The position numbers and the translations under genes are program-made. The notes below the pieces were generated by a model that worked only from the letters and a program-made list of their open reading frames with translations, had not been told where the DNA came from and made no database searches. 34,632 nucleotides of DNA from Priapulus caudatus (Eukaryota): assembly GCF_000485595.1 (NCBI RefSeq), contig NW_014577080.1, forward strand, positions 732,196 to 766,827, in the 5' to 3' direction. Shown here in pieces: positions 23,324 through 34,455 of this stretch; the first letter of the stretch is position 1, and every line of letters starts with the position of its first letter.

Positions 23324-23581
23324 GGAGGATTCATCGTGTCTGTCTGCCCGGTGCAGCGTGGAGTCTGTCGTTCGATCCTTACAGCTTTGCTTGTGTCATT
23401 GTGCATGCCGTTCGCGTGCTTGTATAAATAAGTGGGCCCATGTCGTGCAGTGAGATACAGCTGCTGTGTGTAAGCCGCGACAGAATTGTGTGCGATGTGA
23501 ATCGCCGTAAGACATTTCAAGATGCGCTAGACATCGCCCTATACGAACACCGGCGGAAACGTTGCTTGACAGACGTTGCAG

Positions 23582-23660
23582 AACAATCGGTGTTAGAGAA
23601 GTTAATGTAATAGACATATTGATTTTAACAATCGGTGTTAGAGAAGTTAATGTAGTAGAC
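23582..23660. repeat. Local direct repeat, 34 bp x2
   Basis: AACAATCGGTGTTAGAGAAGTTAATGTARTAGAC at 23582 and 23627. Confidence 0.9.
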
Positions 23661-24097
23661 GGAGAAGAGAGTACGAAGTACAGAATATCACGAGCCTGTG
23701 AAAATTGTGTGGCTCTTGGCGTAGGTAGTCCTGCGTGCCTTTACCGAGCACAACAAATCACATAAATTACGTGATTTCCAAAGCTAGAGTAGTAATGATA
23801 GGATACGTATTACTGTTTGTACTGATACTTTCATACATTTGTTCATAAACTACTCTTCCCCTCCTCGCAGCATCCTTGCAATGCTCCTCATGAGAAATGG
23901 ATAGTAAATAAATAATAAGACATGAGAGTAATGAATAAATTATAAAAAATTAATAATTTAAATAGTAGTGGGAAAGTATAGAATGTAGCACCAAATCTAT
24001 GCGAGAAGAGAGTATGGTATGTACGAGCATGAAACCTGTGCAGACTGTAGACTTTCGACACACTAACAACTAAATTTCCATTTCTCTTTCCTCGCAG

Positions 24098-26657
24098 GAG
24101 AGTAATTGCAAGCAGCTCGCCAGCGATCCCTGCTGGCCGCTCGCCACCGCCGACGCCGTCATTGTCCACGTCGGCGACGCCAGCGCCCTCTGCCTGCGAC
24201 CGGGTGAAGCGTGCTTCTGCGTGACGCACGCGCGGCTGAGCGACGCGCAGCTGACCGTGCGCTACGTCACTGACGGCAACCGTCGCGCCGCCATCGTCGT
24301 CGCCGAGGTTGATTTCGACGCCGTGTTCACGCGTGAGTGGTGGGAGGCGCACACGCCCGGCCAGCGCCCCCCAGTGAGCTGCGTCGTGATGAGCGAGGCG
24401 GGACCGCGGCGCGCGGCGTGGGACGCGCTCGCGTGCGCGCACGACGCCTGCGTCCACCGGCTGCGCTCGGACGTCGTCGCCGCGAGGAACGGTGGCGCCC
24501 CCACTGGCGGGCAGTTCAGGAAGAACGAGAAGCGGCCGCACCGCAAGCGCGTCCGCTACCAGGGTCGCGAGGCAAAGCAGGCGCGCTCACCGACGCCAGG
24601 GGGCGCCGCCGTTGCCAGCGACATCGCGCAGGATCCGTCGGCGGCGCGGCCCGGGTTTTTGTCACAGCTGAAGGCGAAGTCTCCGTTCCTCGGACGGCGG
24701 AACCTCGCCGAAACAAGAGGCGCCGCAGCGGGGAGTCCGGAGTACGGCGAGCGGGCGGCGCCGCGGCGGGGCGCTGTCGTGGCGCCGGCTACCCCGCGGC
24801 GTTGACCTGCGCATCTCGGCCAGCAGGGGCGGCCGGGGAGGTGGGTTTTTCGGACTAGGCCGGCGCGTCGTACGAGCGACGAGCGGCCGTCGGGGGAGGC
24901 TGCACTGCACAGCTCCGCAGCTGAGTCCACGCCAGCCCGGCCGGCGCCGCCCTGGCATGGAGCACGTGCAGACCTGCGCGTGCGGCCAGTCGTCGGCGCC
25001 CTCGCTCAGGGACACGAGTCACCGCGTGCGAAACCCGCGTCCGATTCCCCCGATCACGAGCCGCGTCGGTCGCCGGTCGCAGTTTCCGACGACGGAGCGG
25101 GAAAGGAGGCGTCGGTGAATTCGAACGTGCCGCCGGCAACTTCGGCGGGCATCGCGAAGGCGTCCCCGGAGAAATTAAATCCGAGTGCGTTCACGGATGG
25201 CATGGTGAGTCATCATCCCGACGACGCGGCCGTGCAGCCGGGCCACCTAGGCCAGCCACCTGGCAGGGCAGGTGATAAAGGCGAGTTTGCGTGCGTTCGA
25301 GGGAAGGACGATAAGCCGGCGCTGGGTCACTGCTACGTAAAACCGAAGAGCGCTGCGCAGCTGATGTCTCCCGAAGCTGTAAACTCAGCCGACGCAGCTC
25401 TCGCGACAACAGATGCGCCGTTGGAACGTGCGAGTACAGCAGAAAACATATCATCTCGATCTGTGAATACGTCGTTGGATGCGGCCTCCGAGCCCATGAA
25501 TGGGAGCGCGGAGACGACGTCAGGTTCTGTGAGTAGAACATCAGATGTGAATTCAGAACCTGTTGATAGAACTGCAGGAGTGTCGTCAGAAGCTGTGAAT
25601 ACAGCAGCAGAGATGACATCACAATCTGTGGATACAGCGGAGGTTTTGTCGGAATCTGTGAATCTTACAGCAGATGTTTCAACAATGCCCGTGAATGCCA
25701 CGGCAGCCCTGTCATCAAATCCTGTTGAGCTAACATCAGAGGTGCAATCACGGTCTGTGGATACAGCAGTGGAGATTTCACCAAAGTCTTTGAATACGAC
25801 AGCAGAGATTACAGCAGAACCTGTGGATACGTCCGAAAACGTGTCGTCAGAAACTGTGAATACAACGACAGAAGATATGTCATCAGAACCACCGAATACA
25901 GCAGCAGATATATCTTCAGATCCTCTGAATACAACAGCAGATATGTGCTCAAAACCATTGAATACAAAAGATATGTACTCAGAACTATTGGATTCAAAAA
26001 TAGATATGTACTTAGAACCATCGGATACAAAAGCAGATACGTACTCAGAACTATTGGATACAAAAACAGATATGTACTCAAAACCAATGAATACAACAGC
26101 AGATATATCCTCAGAAGCTGAAACGATATCACCAGATATAGCACAACAAATGACCCCAGAACCACAAATGCCCGAATTGATCTCGCACCATGAGAAAACA
26201 GCACCAATCACCTGTCCAAGACCTGAATCTTCAGCATCAGTAACGGCAATAGAATCCGAAACAATAGATGCAACAGCATCCTCTGAATCGGATAGGAAAT
26301 CATGCATAAATGCAACACAATCTGAAGAGATTTCACTGGAAATAGAACTTCTGACATCGGACCATGGAATGCCTTCAGAACCTGAGGCAGAATTAGGAAT
26401 ATCCCATGAGACTGAGAGTAAAGAACTGAAGGTAACACAAGAATCGTGTTTAACTCAACAGAACACGGCTCAACATGTTAATTCAGAAACTGACGTGAAG
26501 ACGTTTGCCAAGATGCCATGTGAATCTAAGGATGCAGCACCAGAGACATCTATATCAAGTGAGAAAGCACAAGATACTCCACTAGCAATACTTCAAGTGC
26601 CTTTAGATGTGGGACATGACAGCATGCTAATAGAAGACTGGGATGAAGAACTGCCTG
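24098..26657 (+). CDS. PLEKHG4: Puratrophin-1/PLEKHG4B/ARHGEF40-family RhoGEF, large internal exon: N-terminal family domain plus S/T/E-rich repeat linker; one in-frame TGA at 24803-24805
   Basis: Acceptor TTTCTCTTTCCTCGCAG|GAG (phase 0). Translation ESNCKQLASDPCWPLATADAVIVHVGDASALCLRPGEACFCV...FDAVFTREWW...PPVSCVVMSEAGPRRAAWDAL parallels the WPL...LRPGDF...FT.EW...C......G..R..W pattern I recall for the PLEKHG4B/ARHGEF40/KIAA1755 N-terminus. ORFs 24221-24805 and 24980-26728 share one frame. Donor CCTG|GTAATA (phase 1) fits the next exon. Confidence 0.75.
25424..26115 (+). repeat. Coding tandem repeat, ~33 bp / 11 aa, about 21 units
   Basis: Units such as EPVDRTAGVSS, EAVNTAAEMTS, EPPNTAADISS, DPLNTTADMCS, ELLDTKTDMYS and KPMNTTADISS. 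Length variants of 10 and 12 aa all preserve the frame. Confidence 0.9.
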
Positions 26658-26920
26658 GTAATATAACACACGGAAGTTTTCGTTTTCTACGTAGTTTGTT
26701 GCGAGTAGATCAACATTACCTGCTGTGATTTTGCGTATTTGCAAGCTGTGTATGCGATCCATGTAAGAAGCAATAAAGCAAAAATCTCCTTCTGAATCCT
26801 AAAGTGATAACGCTATTTATATAATAATAAGTATAAGTTAATTAGACGTTGTACAAAAATATGAGCAGCTGGTCTGTGATTTGTTAGTGGCATTCTGACA
26901 GTACAAATTGGTTGTTTCAG

Positions 26921-27034
26921 TTGATGGTCTACAGAGAAGTATTGAAGCATGCAGTCCTTGTGGACCCAACATCCCTACACAGATAATAAGTGTCAACTTT
27001 GGTCTGCTGCATTCTGGAATGGTAGTCATGCCAG
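26921..27034 (+). CDS. PLEKHG4: PLEKHG4-like exon (lead-in to the SEC14-like domain)
   Basis: GTTGTTTCAG|...|GTACGT, phase 1/1. Encodes (V)DGLQRSIEACSPCGPNIPTQIISVNFGLLHSGMVVMP(G), comparable to the family motif LLxSGxxxLPG. Confidence 0.88.
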
Positions 27035-27474
27035 GTACGTGCAGCAAGGTTAGAATTTGCCTTCATGCTGAGAATGCCCATTCATTCTTGCATGTGGCTA
27101 GATGTAATCAGGGGAACATATGGCGCTGAGGGATGTCAATTAATAAAACATTCGATAAGCAGCATTAACTGATGTGTGTTTACCTGCGATAAAGTTTCAC
27201 ACGATATGATTCACTGCAGTAGTTGTATTGTAAATCTATCGTGCGCTGTGTCTTTCTATTGTTTGAATATTTCTTTACTGCAGCTTAATTTAAGAAAATG
27301 GCCACCAGGTGGCAGTACATGCATATATTCTAGTTGGTAGTAATAACATGTAACTTATAATTTGTATGAATGTAGAAATTTTATTTATTACATATTCAGT
27401 GTTTCTTGATATCTAGTCAGATGATTAAGTATAAGAGTTGTACGTAAATTTATTGTATTTTGTATGTGTTTCAG

Positions 27475-27589
27475 GCCGCAGGGACAAGAAAGGCCACGCA
27501 TTTGTAGTAATGTACCTCAGGAAGCAGAATTCTGGTTGCACAGCAGATAACATTGCCAAGTTGCTCATGTATTTACATACCATACCCAG
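27475..27589 (+). CDS. PLEKHG4: PLEKHG4-like exon (SEC14/CRAL-TRIO-like domain); absent from the ORF track
   Basis: GTGTTTCAG|...|GTAAGG, phase 1/2. Encodes (G)RRDKKGHAFVVMYLRKQNSGCTADNIAKLLMYLHTIP(R), comparable to GTRDRHGRAVV...LLLYFHSIPR. Confidence 0.92.
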
Positions 27590-27884
27590 GTAAGGCAACT
27601 GCAGTCGTGTTATTTTTGCAAAAGAACGTGGAATATCCGTGTGATCGCTCTATTTGACTATTGCACTATTCGCACTAGCTCAGTTTTGCTGTTGTTTTTG
27701 CCGATACGCGATATCAGCTTGAGAACACAAGACGATGCATCGAGATGCGAGAGCTAGTCATTTTTCCCCGGAGAGAATTAATATTTTAGACGGCTGAAAA
27801 AACGTTTTGAGGCTTTCAGTCGCTTTTGAAACTGAAGCCTGTCACTCTACAGTACAGTTTTTACGAAGCAGTGTATTTGTAAGG

Positions 27885-27992
27885 ATGTGTTTGTTTGTGT
27901 ATGTGTGTGTGTGTGTGTGTGCATGCGTGTATGCGTGCGTGTGTGCGTGTGTGCGTGCGTGTGTGTGCATATGCCTGTGTGCATGTGTGTGG
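27885..27992. repeat. (GT)n/(GCGT)n microsatellite, intronic
   Basis: Direct reading of the sequence. Confidence 0.95.
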
Positions 27993-28049
27993 TCTGTTAG
28001 ACTACTGTGCCGTATTAATTTTGCATCGATCGCTGTTTTCTCCTATCAG

Positions 28050-28149
28050 GAAGGAAGTGGCCAGGAAGGGCTTCACTATTGTGGTGGACAGCTCTGCTTG
28101 CAGCAAGACAGCAGCTGAGGTCTTCTGCCAGGCTCTCATCACCCTCAAC
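28050..28149 (+). CDS. PLEKHG4: PLEKHG4-like exon (SEC14/CRAL-TRIO-like domain, continued)
   Basis: TTTTCTCCTATCAG|...|GTAAGT, phase 2/0. Encodes (R)KEVARKGFTIVVDSSACSKTAAEVFCQALITLN, comparable to KEVRDLGLVVLVD...SQAL. Confidence 0.92.
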
Positions 28150-28300
28150 GTAAGTCTATCGAGCTAAAAAAAATTGCATTTAATTTCTATTTCGTTAGAA
28201 ATTTGCCGAGGCTTCGATTGCGAGTGCGATCATGCGGTACATCACGAGCCGGCAGGCATGCACCTGCAACAAGCTCTCTGTGTGAAGAGATGGTTGTTAT

Positions 28301-28461
28301 CAGGGAAAAAATTTCTTTTTTTTCACGGGAGCTCTTTTTCAAGTCTGTGGAAAAAATAGCTCTTGTCACAAATTTTACAAGAGCTATTTTGAGCCTCACA
28401 GGAGCGATTTGGGAGGTTTGAAGAGCGAATCGCTTATCGCTCCCGTGTATTTTTTACCCTG
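28301..28461. mobile_element. Complete 161-bp hAT-type MITE, intronic
   Basis: TIRs CAGGGAAAAAAT / ATTTTTTACCCTG. Subterminal CACGGGAGC / GCTCCCGTG. Perfect 8-bp TSD GTTGTTAT (28293-28300, 28462-28469). Confidence 0.9.
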
Positions 28462-28589
28462 GTTGTTATGCTTGTAGTTTGAATGAATCTTTTTAATGGT
28501 CTATGTAGAATTCGGGTGCATCGTATTATGTATTTATTATTTATCTGTATAATATATAATTGAGAAATACTAGTTGTTGTTTACTTTCG

Positions 28590-28997
28590 CTGTCTTTCCC
28601 TCTCTCTTTCTCTCGCTCTCTCTCTCTCTCTCTCTCCCTCTCACCCTCTCTCCCTCTCTGTATCTCTCGCATGTCTCTATTGCTCTCTCGCGCTCTCTCT
28701 CTCTCTCTCTCTTTATCTCTCTCTCTCTCTCTCTCTGCCTCAAACAGCTGGGAGCGAAGTTGTACCTCTCATTATAAAATTAACAGCGCAGTATGATGGC
28801 AGATGGCTGTCAAGACCTGCTTTCACGTAGATCTTCTTTCTAGCGTGTCTGAGGGAATTGCCAGACGTGTCTGTGATTTATGGCCGGCGAGAGAGAGAGC
28901 GCGTGAGGGGGAGAGAGAGAGAAAGGGAGCGAGAGGGAGAGAGAGAGAGCGCGTGAGAGGGAGAGAGAGAGAAAGGGAGCGAGAGGGGGAGAGAGAG

Positions 28998-29035
<38 letters not shown>

Positions 29036-30030
29036 GAGAGAGAGATGAGAGAGAAGAGAGGAAGAAGAGGAGAAAGAANNNNNNNNNNNNNNNNNNNNNN
29101 NNNNNNNNNNNNNNNNNNNNNNNNNNNNNNNNNNNNNNNNNNNNNNNNNNNNNNNNNNNNNNNNNNNNNNNNNNNNNNNNNNNNNNNNNNNNNNNNNNNN
29201 NNNNNNNNNNNNNNNNNNNNNNNNNNNNNNNNNNNNNNNNNNNNNNNNNNNNNNNNNNNNNNNNNNNNNNNNNNNNNNNNNNNNNNNNNNNNNNNNNNNN
29301 NNNNNNNNNNNNNNNNNNNNNNNNNNNNNNNNNNNNNNNNNNNNNNNNNNNNNNNNNNNNNNNNNNNNNNNNNNNNNNNNNNNNNNNNNNNNNNNNNNNN
29401 NNNNNNNNNNNNNNNNNNNNNNNNNNNNNNNNNNNNNNNNNNNNNNNNNNNNNNNNNNNNNNNNNNNNNNNNNNNNNNNNNNNNNNNNNNNNNNNNNNNN
29501 NNNNNNNNNNNNNNNNNNNNNNNNNNNNNNNNNNNNNNNNNNNNNNNNNNNNNNNNNNNNNNNNNNNNNNNNNNNNNNNNNNNNNNNNNNNNNNNNNNNN
29601 NNNNNNNNNNNNNNNNNNNNNNNNNNNNNNNNNNNNNNNNNNNNNNNNNNNNNNNNNNNNNNNNNNNNNNNNNNNNNNNNNNNNNNNNNNNNNNNNNNNN
29701 NNNNNNNNNNNNNNNNNNNNNNNNNNNNNNNNNNNNNNNNNNNNNNNNNNNNNNNNNNNNNNNNNNNNNNNNNNNNNNNNNNNNNNNNNNNNNNNNNNNN
29801 NNNNNNNNNNNNNNNNNNNNNNNNNNNNNNNNNNNNNNNNNNNNNNNNNNNNNNNNNNNNNNNNNNNNNNNNNNNNNNNNNNNNNNNNNNNNNNNNNNNN
29901 NNNNNNNNNNNNNNNNNNNNNNNNNNNNNNNNNNNNNNNNNNNNNNNNNNNNNNNNNNNNNNNNNNNNNNNNNNNNNNNNNNNNNNNNNNNNNNNNNNNN
30001 NNNNNNNNNNNNNNNCCCTCTCTCTCTCTT

Positions 30031-30075
<45 letters not shown>
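28590..30075. repeat. (CT)n and (GA)n microsatellites surrounding assembly gap 29079-30015
   Basis: CT tract ~28590-28738, GA tract ~28888-29078, N run, CT tract 30016-30075. Confidence 0.9.
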
Positions 30076-30077
<2 letters not shown>

Positions 30078-30926
30078 TTCTTTCCATTTGGAGGATGGAA
30101 TGAAAGTGTTGGAGTCATCGGGAAGGTCGGACGGGTAGCCGCGCAGAAACAAGACTATTATTTTGTTTAGCTCAATATACTTACGGTAAAGTAAGAGTGT
30201 TCTTCGTTTTAAATTCTAATCGAAATCGACGAAATCGACGTACATATACAAATGTCAACAGTGTCTTTAAATTAAATATCTTTTAATCTATTGAGACAAT
30301 ATTGCTGTAATTTATTATGGAACAATGCGGATGAAGAACTTAATACAGCCATTATTGAAGAATTCGTATTATATACTAGTAACCTGAAGGATAAAAACCG
30401 TGGATGTGTTATATCAAAATATACTTATTCAATATACAAGCTATATTTTAGGGTTGAATGGCGCTGAATAGGGTTAAACAGGGTGGGACCATCCAAATAA
30501 TATAGGTAGACTCTATGTATTTCTATGGGTGGGACCTAGAAGAACAGAAAGCTCCAAAGTCGTTAGTTTAAACCACTAAGTTTGATATATTTCTATTCGA
30601 AATACGCTTCTATGTATACATTCTCTCCGTTTCGTCTCTATAATAGATAGGGTACACCGATAGTGATTTTCTTGACAATGACTTTAGTGACTCATAGGTC
30701 ACCCATGTTATTCCAGGCCTATGATAATGAACTAAGCTATTCCGCTGTCAGTCTGTCACAGATGTGGAGCAAGGTTGTTGCCTAATATAACCTTTTAATA
30801 TGTACCTACAGGCTACCACTGTTGTCTCATCCGTGCATGGTCGTGGTCGCTATCCTTTTCGCTTCTGCTGTCCACCTTTAGCGATTAGAGTTTCCTACGT
30901 GTTGTTTTGAAGACGCAAGAAGATTA

Positions 30927-30976
30927 TTGTGTGTTTGTGTTGTGTGCGGTGCGGAGTGTGTGAGTGTGTGTGTGTT

Positions 30977-31020
<44 letters not shown>

Positions 31021-31977
31021 GGCGTGCGTGCTTGCGTGCGTGCGTGTTTCTTTCTGTGTTGGTTTGTTTGTGCGTGCGTGTTTGTTCGTGTGTCTTTGTT
31101 TCTTTCTTTGTTGGGCTGTGTGTGCGCATGTGTGTTGCATATATGTGTGTGTGTGCGCGCGTTTGTGCGCGCTTGTGTGTGCGTGTCTGTGCGCGCGCGC
31201 TTGTGTGTGTGAAATTCGGTGCCAGTCCTCTGATCTGCGAAAAGAAAAATCTTGATGGACGTTGTCGCTGTAAATAGTAGAGGTCCGTGTTCGGATATAT
31301 TAAGCTGACAGAGCAGAGGCCCTCTCTGTTTGTCTTTATCGGCGGAGGTGACCCAGACCCGCGCTCGGCCATAGGCTAACCTTTGTTGTGACTCATGTGT
31401 ACACAAACGGACTGCCGCCTTTGCTGATCTGCGGGGTGATTGATTAGCCTATTTCCACAGCGGCACAGAAAGCGAAGCCGGGAGGAAGGGCAGAAGGAAA
31501 GAAAGAGGGGGGATGTTAGAAATCGTTCGATCGAGAGAGAGAGGGGGGAGGGAGGGAAAATGCGCGTGTGCGTGCGTGCGTTGTGTGTGTGCGTGTGTGC
31601 GTGTGTGCGTGTGTGTGGGGTGCGCGCGTTTGTGTGTATATATGTGTGTGTATGTGCGTGTGTGTGTGTATGTGTGTGAGAGAGACAGAGTACGAGAGAG
31701 AGATAGAGACGCGAGAACGCACGACGAAACGAGAAGAAAGGCGCAAGAGGAAAGGAGACGATAGAAGAGGAAGATGGTGGGGGTACGGAACGAGTGATGG
31801 AAAGAGAGAAAGAGGAGGAGACGCAGAGAAAGAGAGAGAGAGCGCGCGAGAGAGAGGAGAGAGAGAGCGCGTGAGAGAAAGAGAGAGAGAGAGAGAGACG
31901 CTGAGAGAAATGGAGAGAGGGAGAGAGACAGAAAGAGAGAGCGCGAAAGAGAGAAAGAAAGAGAGCGAGAGAGAAGA
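30927..31977. repeat. Cluster of (GT)n, (GCGT)n and (GA)n microsatellites
   Basis: Tracts at about 30927-31210, 31560-31680 and 31680-31977. Confidence 0.9.
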
Positions 31978-33107
31978 ACATTCTATATCCAACCGCAGAG
32001 CCTAGAGACATGCACTGCTTACGTTGAACTCTGAGATGGCTGGCATTCGCCTGTAGCGCCCGAGGGGCAATCGGTCGGGCGTGGTCTGCGACGGTAGCTA
32101 TCAACGAATCTTGATATTTTCTTGACACAAATAGAAAATTGAATCAGGCTTTCGTTTAGTCTAATCCTGCGGTCCCTTTCCGACGAAAGATGGAGGAAGT
32201 GTCGCATATACAAAGCAGTAAGCGCTGTCATGGTGAATCATCGGTGAGGCGATAGTGGGAGGGGGGTGCGAGTGACGACAGCACTGATAGCGATCGGACA
32301 GCATACTTGCTTCTGTATCAGCAGTATTCATATTTCGCCTTGGAGCTGGGTTGAGAGTTCTAGTTATATAAAATAACACCTAAAAGAGGGGGCGGTGCCC
32401 CCCGGGTGTTACACGTCGTCTGCTCACGATTGTGTGGAGCGATGCTTTTCGGACATGTGAACACTTAGACGCAGGTTTAAGTTGGGTCTGCTGGTCTCCC
32501 TCCATTTACCTGCTTCGCTTGCGGCTCGCACACGTGATTGTTGCGTGATACAAATTATCACGACTATTTTGTGGTCGTTGATTAGAGTGCTGCGAATCCA
32601 GTCTGCCACATTTATCGCCTCGTCAGTCATACACCTGTGACACTATCTTCGTTGTATCGGCTTTTGTGTCTTGCCTTTCTGTATTCATTCTATCGATGCT
32701 CCCCCTTCCCAATCCTCCTACATGGTCCATGTTTGCAGCTTGCTTCACTGCATCACAAAATTAGGCCGCGTCTAATGGTTGATTGTTTACCATGGCGCTC
32801 TGACCGACTTGCGAATGGCATGCTTCGCTGAAAAGTAAAATTTCGTCACAAAAGGTCTGTTTAACTGGTTAATTGCGTCTATATTACTGTACTGTATGCG
32901 CACGAAATTGCTCAAATCTTTTTCCTACATATATACGGACCTATACCTCCTACAGCGCGTTATCGCGTCTATGTGACCAAAGCGGCTGTATAAAATCTCC
33001 TGCGTACCTACCGACCTATAGTGCTATGTTTAAGTTACTTACTCCGAGTTAAGTTACTCGAGAGAAGCTACTCAAAGCTGGGTTACTCATATCGTTTTAC
33101 GGTGGGC

Positions 33108-33109
33108 AT

Positions 33110-33161
<52 letters not shown>

Positions 33162-33419
33162 NNNNNNNNNNNNNNNNNNNNNNNNNNNNNNNNNNNNNNN
33201 NNNNNNNNNNNNNNNNNNNNNNNNNNNNNNNNNNNNNNNNNNNNNNNNNNNNNNNNNNNNNNNNNNNNNNNNNNNNNNNNNNNNNNNNNNNNNNNNNNNN
33301 NNNNNNNNNNNNNNNNNNNNNNNNNNNNNNNNNNNNNNNNNNNNNNNNNNNNNNNNNNNNNNNNNNNNNNNNNNNNNNNNNNNNNNNNNNNNNNNNNNNN
33401 NNNNNNNNNNNNNNNNNNN
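33108..33419. other. (TA)n microsatellite followed by assembly gap 33162-33419
   Basis: Direct reading of the sequence. Confidence 0.95.
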
Positions 33420-33683
33420 GTTGCATGAGCTTGTTTGGCAGGCCCATCGAGCATGAACACGCACGATCACGAGAGTGAGTGTTGTGTATATTTTCATTCG
33501 TAAGACTAGTCGTCGTCTTTCGCGAGGTTCGACGTCCCCGCAGCTGCGTGGAAAGTACGGAGTGCTGATTGTCGCATACAGCTTTTGTCACCGACTGTCG
33601 CCGACCGTCGGAACTTTCTGGTTGTTGCGCATCTTTATGATATTGGCTGTGAGATAGTGGTGTTGGTGGTGATTGCGATGTTA

Positions 33684-33902
33684 GCGGTAGCGGTGGCGGT
33701 GTTTGGTGGCGGTGACGTTGTCGATGATTTTGACGGTGACGGTGACGATGATAGTGATGGTGACGTTGACGGTGACGGCGGTAGCGGTGGCGGTGTTTGG
33801 TGGCGGTGACGTTGTCGATGATTTTGACGGTGACGGTGACGATGATAGTGATGGTGACGTTGACGGTGACGGTGATGTTGACGATAATAGTGATAGTGAT
33901 AG
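33684..33902. repeat. GACGGT-type hexamer low-complexity tract containing a 94-bp tandem duplication
   Basis: GCGGTAGCGGTGGCGGTGTTTG..TGGCGGTGACGTTGTCGATGATTTTGACGGT... at 33684 and 33778. Confidence 0.9.
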
Positions 33903-34004
33903 CCCGCTGTGATCGATCCCCGCTCTCCTTTAATGACGATATTTGCGATGTTGCAATCAGGAACACATTAATAAACGCGCGCGCGGTTCAATGCAAAAAA
34001 GTGC

Positions 34005-34098
34005 ACATACATAAAATACATAAAATACATAATACATACATACATACATAACACATACATACATACGTACATACATAATACATACATACATACATAAA
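34005..34098. repeat. (ACAT)n microsatellite
   Basis: Direct reading of the sequence. Confidence 0.95.
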
Positions 34099-34252
34099 AA
34101 AGTGCACAAACACATACGCGTGTTTGTTATGCATTCCCGACATACGATGATTAGACCACGTAGACACCGTGACTCATGTGTGAGATAGCGATCCCCCCAT
34201 CACTACCACCACTACCACCACCCCGCATTCATCCACGCAGCAGACTGATGCT

Positions 34253-34455
34253 ATCAGGAGTGTACAATGTAGATTATAACAGGAGTTAATAATGACAAAT
34301 TTGTCATTATTAACTCCTGATTATAATTAGTCTATGATATTATCAAGAGTCCATAATAGAAAAATTATATATGACATTTTCTATTATGGACTATATTATT
34401 AATGTAGATGTACATTAGATGGTCTATTAATTCGGCTATATTATACATTCCTGAT
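34253..34455. mobile_element. ATCAGGAGT-family element containing two nested family members (34278-34321 and ~34342-34398)
   Basis: Outer TIR ATCAGGAGTGTACAAT / ATTATACATTCCTGAT with TSD GCT (34250-34252, 34456-34458). Inner 44-bp palindrome AACAGGAGTTAATAATGACAAA-TTTGTCATTATTAACTCCTGAT with TSD TAT. Second inner copy ATCAAGAGTCCATAATAGAAAA...TTTTCTATTATGGACT. Confidence 0.8.

Noticed and set aside
25333..26307. 324-aa minus-strand ORF
   Set aside because: Antisense shadow of the repetitive + strand exon. The + frame has splice-phase continuity and family similarity; this one has neither.
26658..26728. Extension of the 582-aa ORF to its stop codon as a stand-alone gene
   Set aside because: The GT donor at 26658 joins in phase to three downstream exons with SEC14-like similarity, so this tail is most likely intronic.
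30812..30905. CCTACAG acceptor as a candidate next PLEKHG4-like exon
   Set aside because: The phase-0 translation (ATTVVSSVHGRGRYPFRF...) does not convincingly continue the SEC14 domain, and there is no good donor.
33097..34051. His/Arg-, Asp/Gly- and Val/Thr-rich ORFs
   Set aside because: Hexamer low-complexity tract whose 94-bp duplication is not a multiple of 3; partly spans an N gap.
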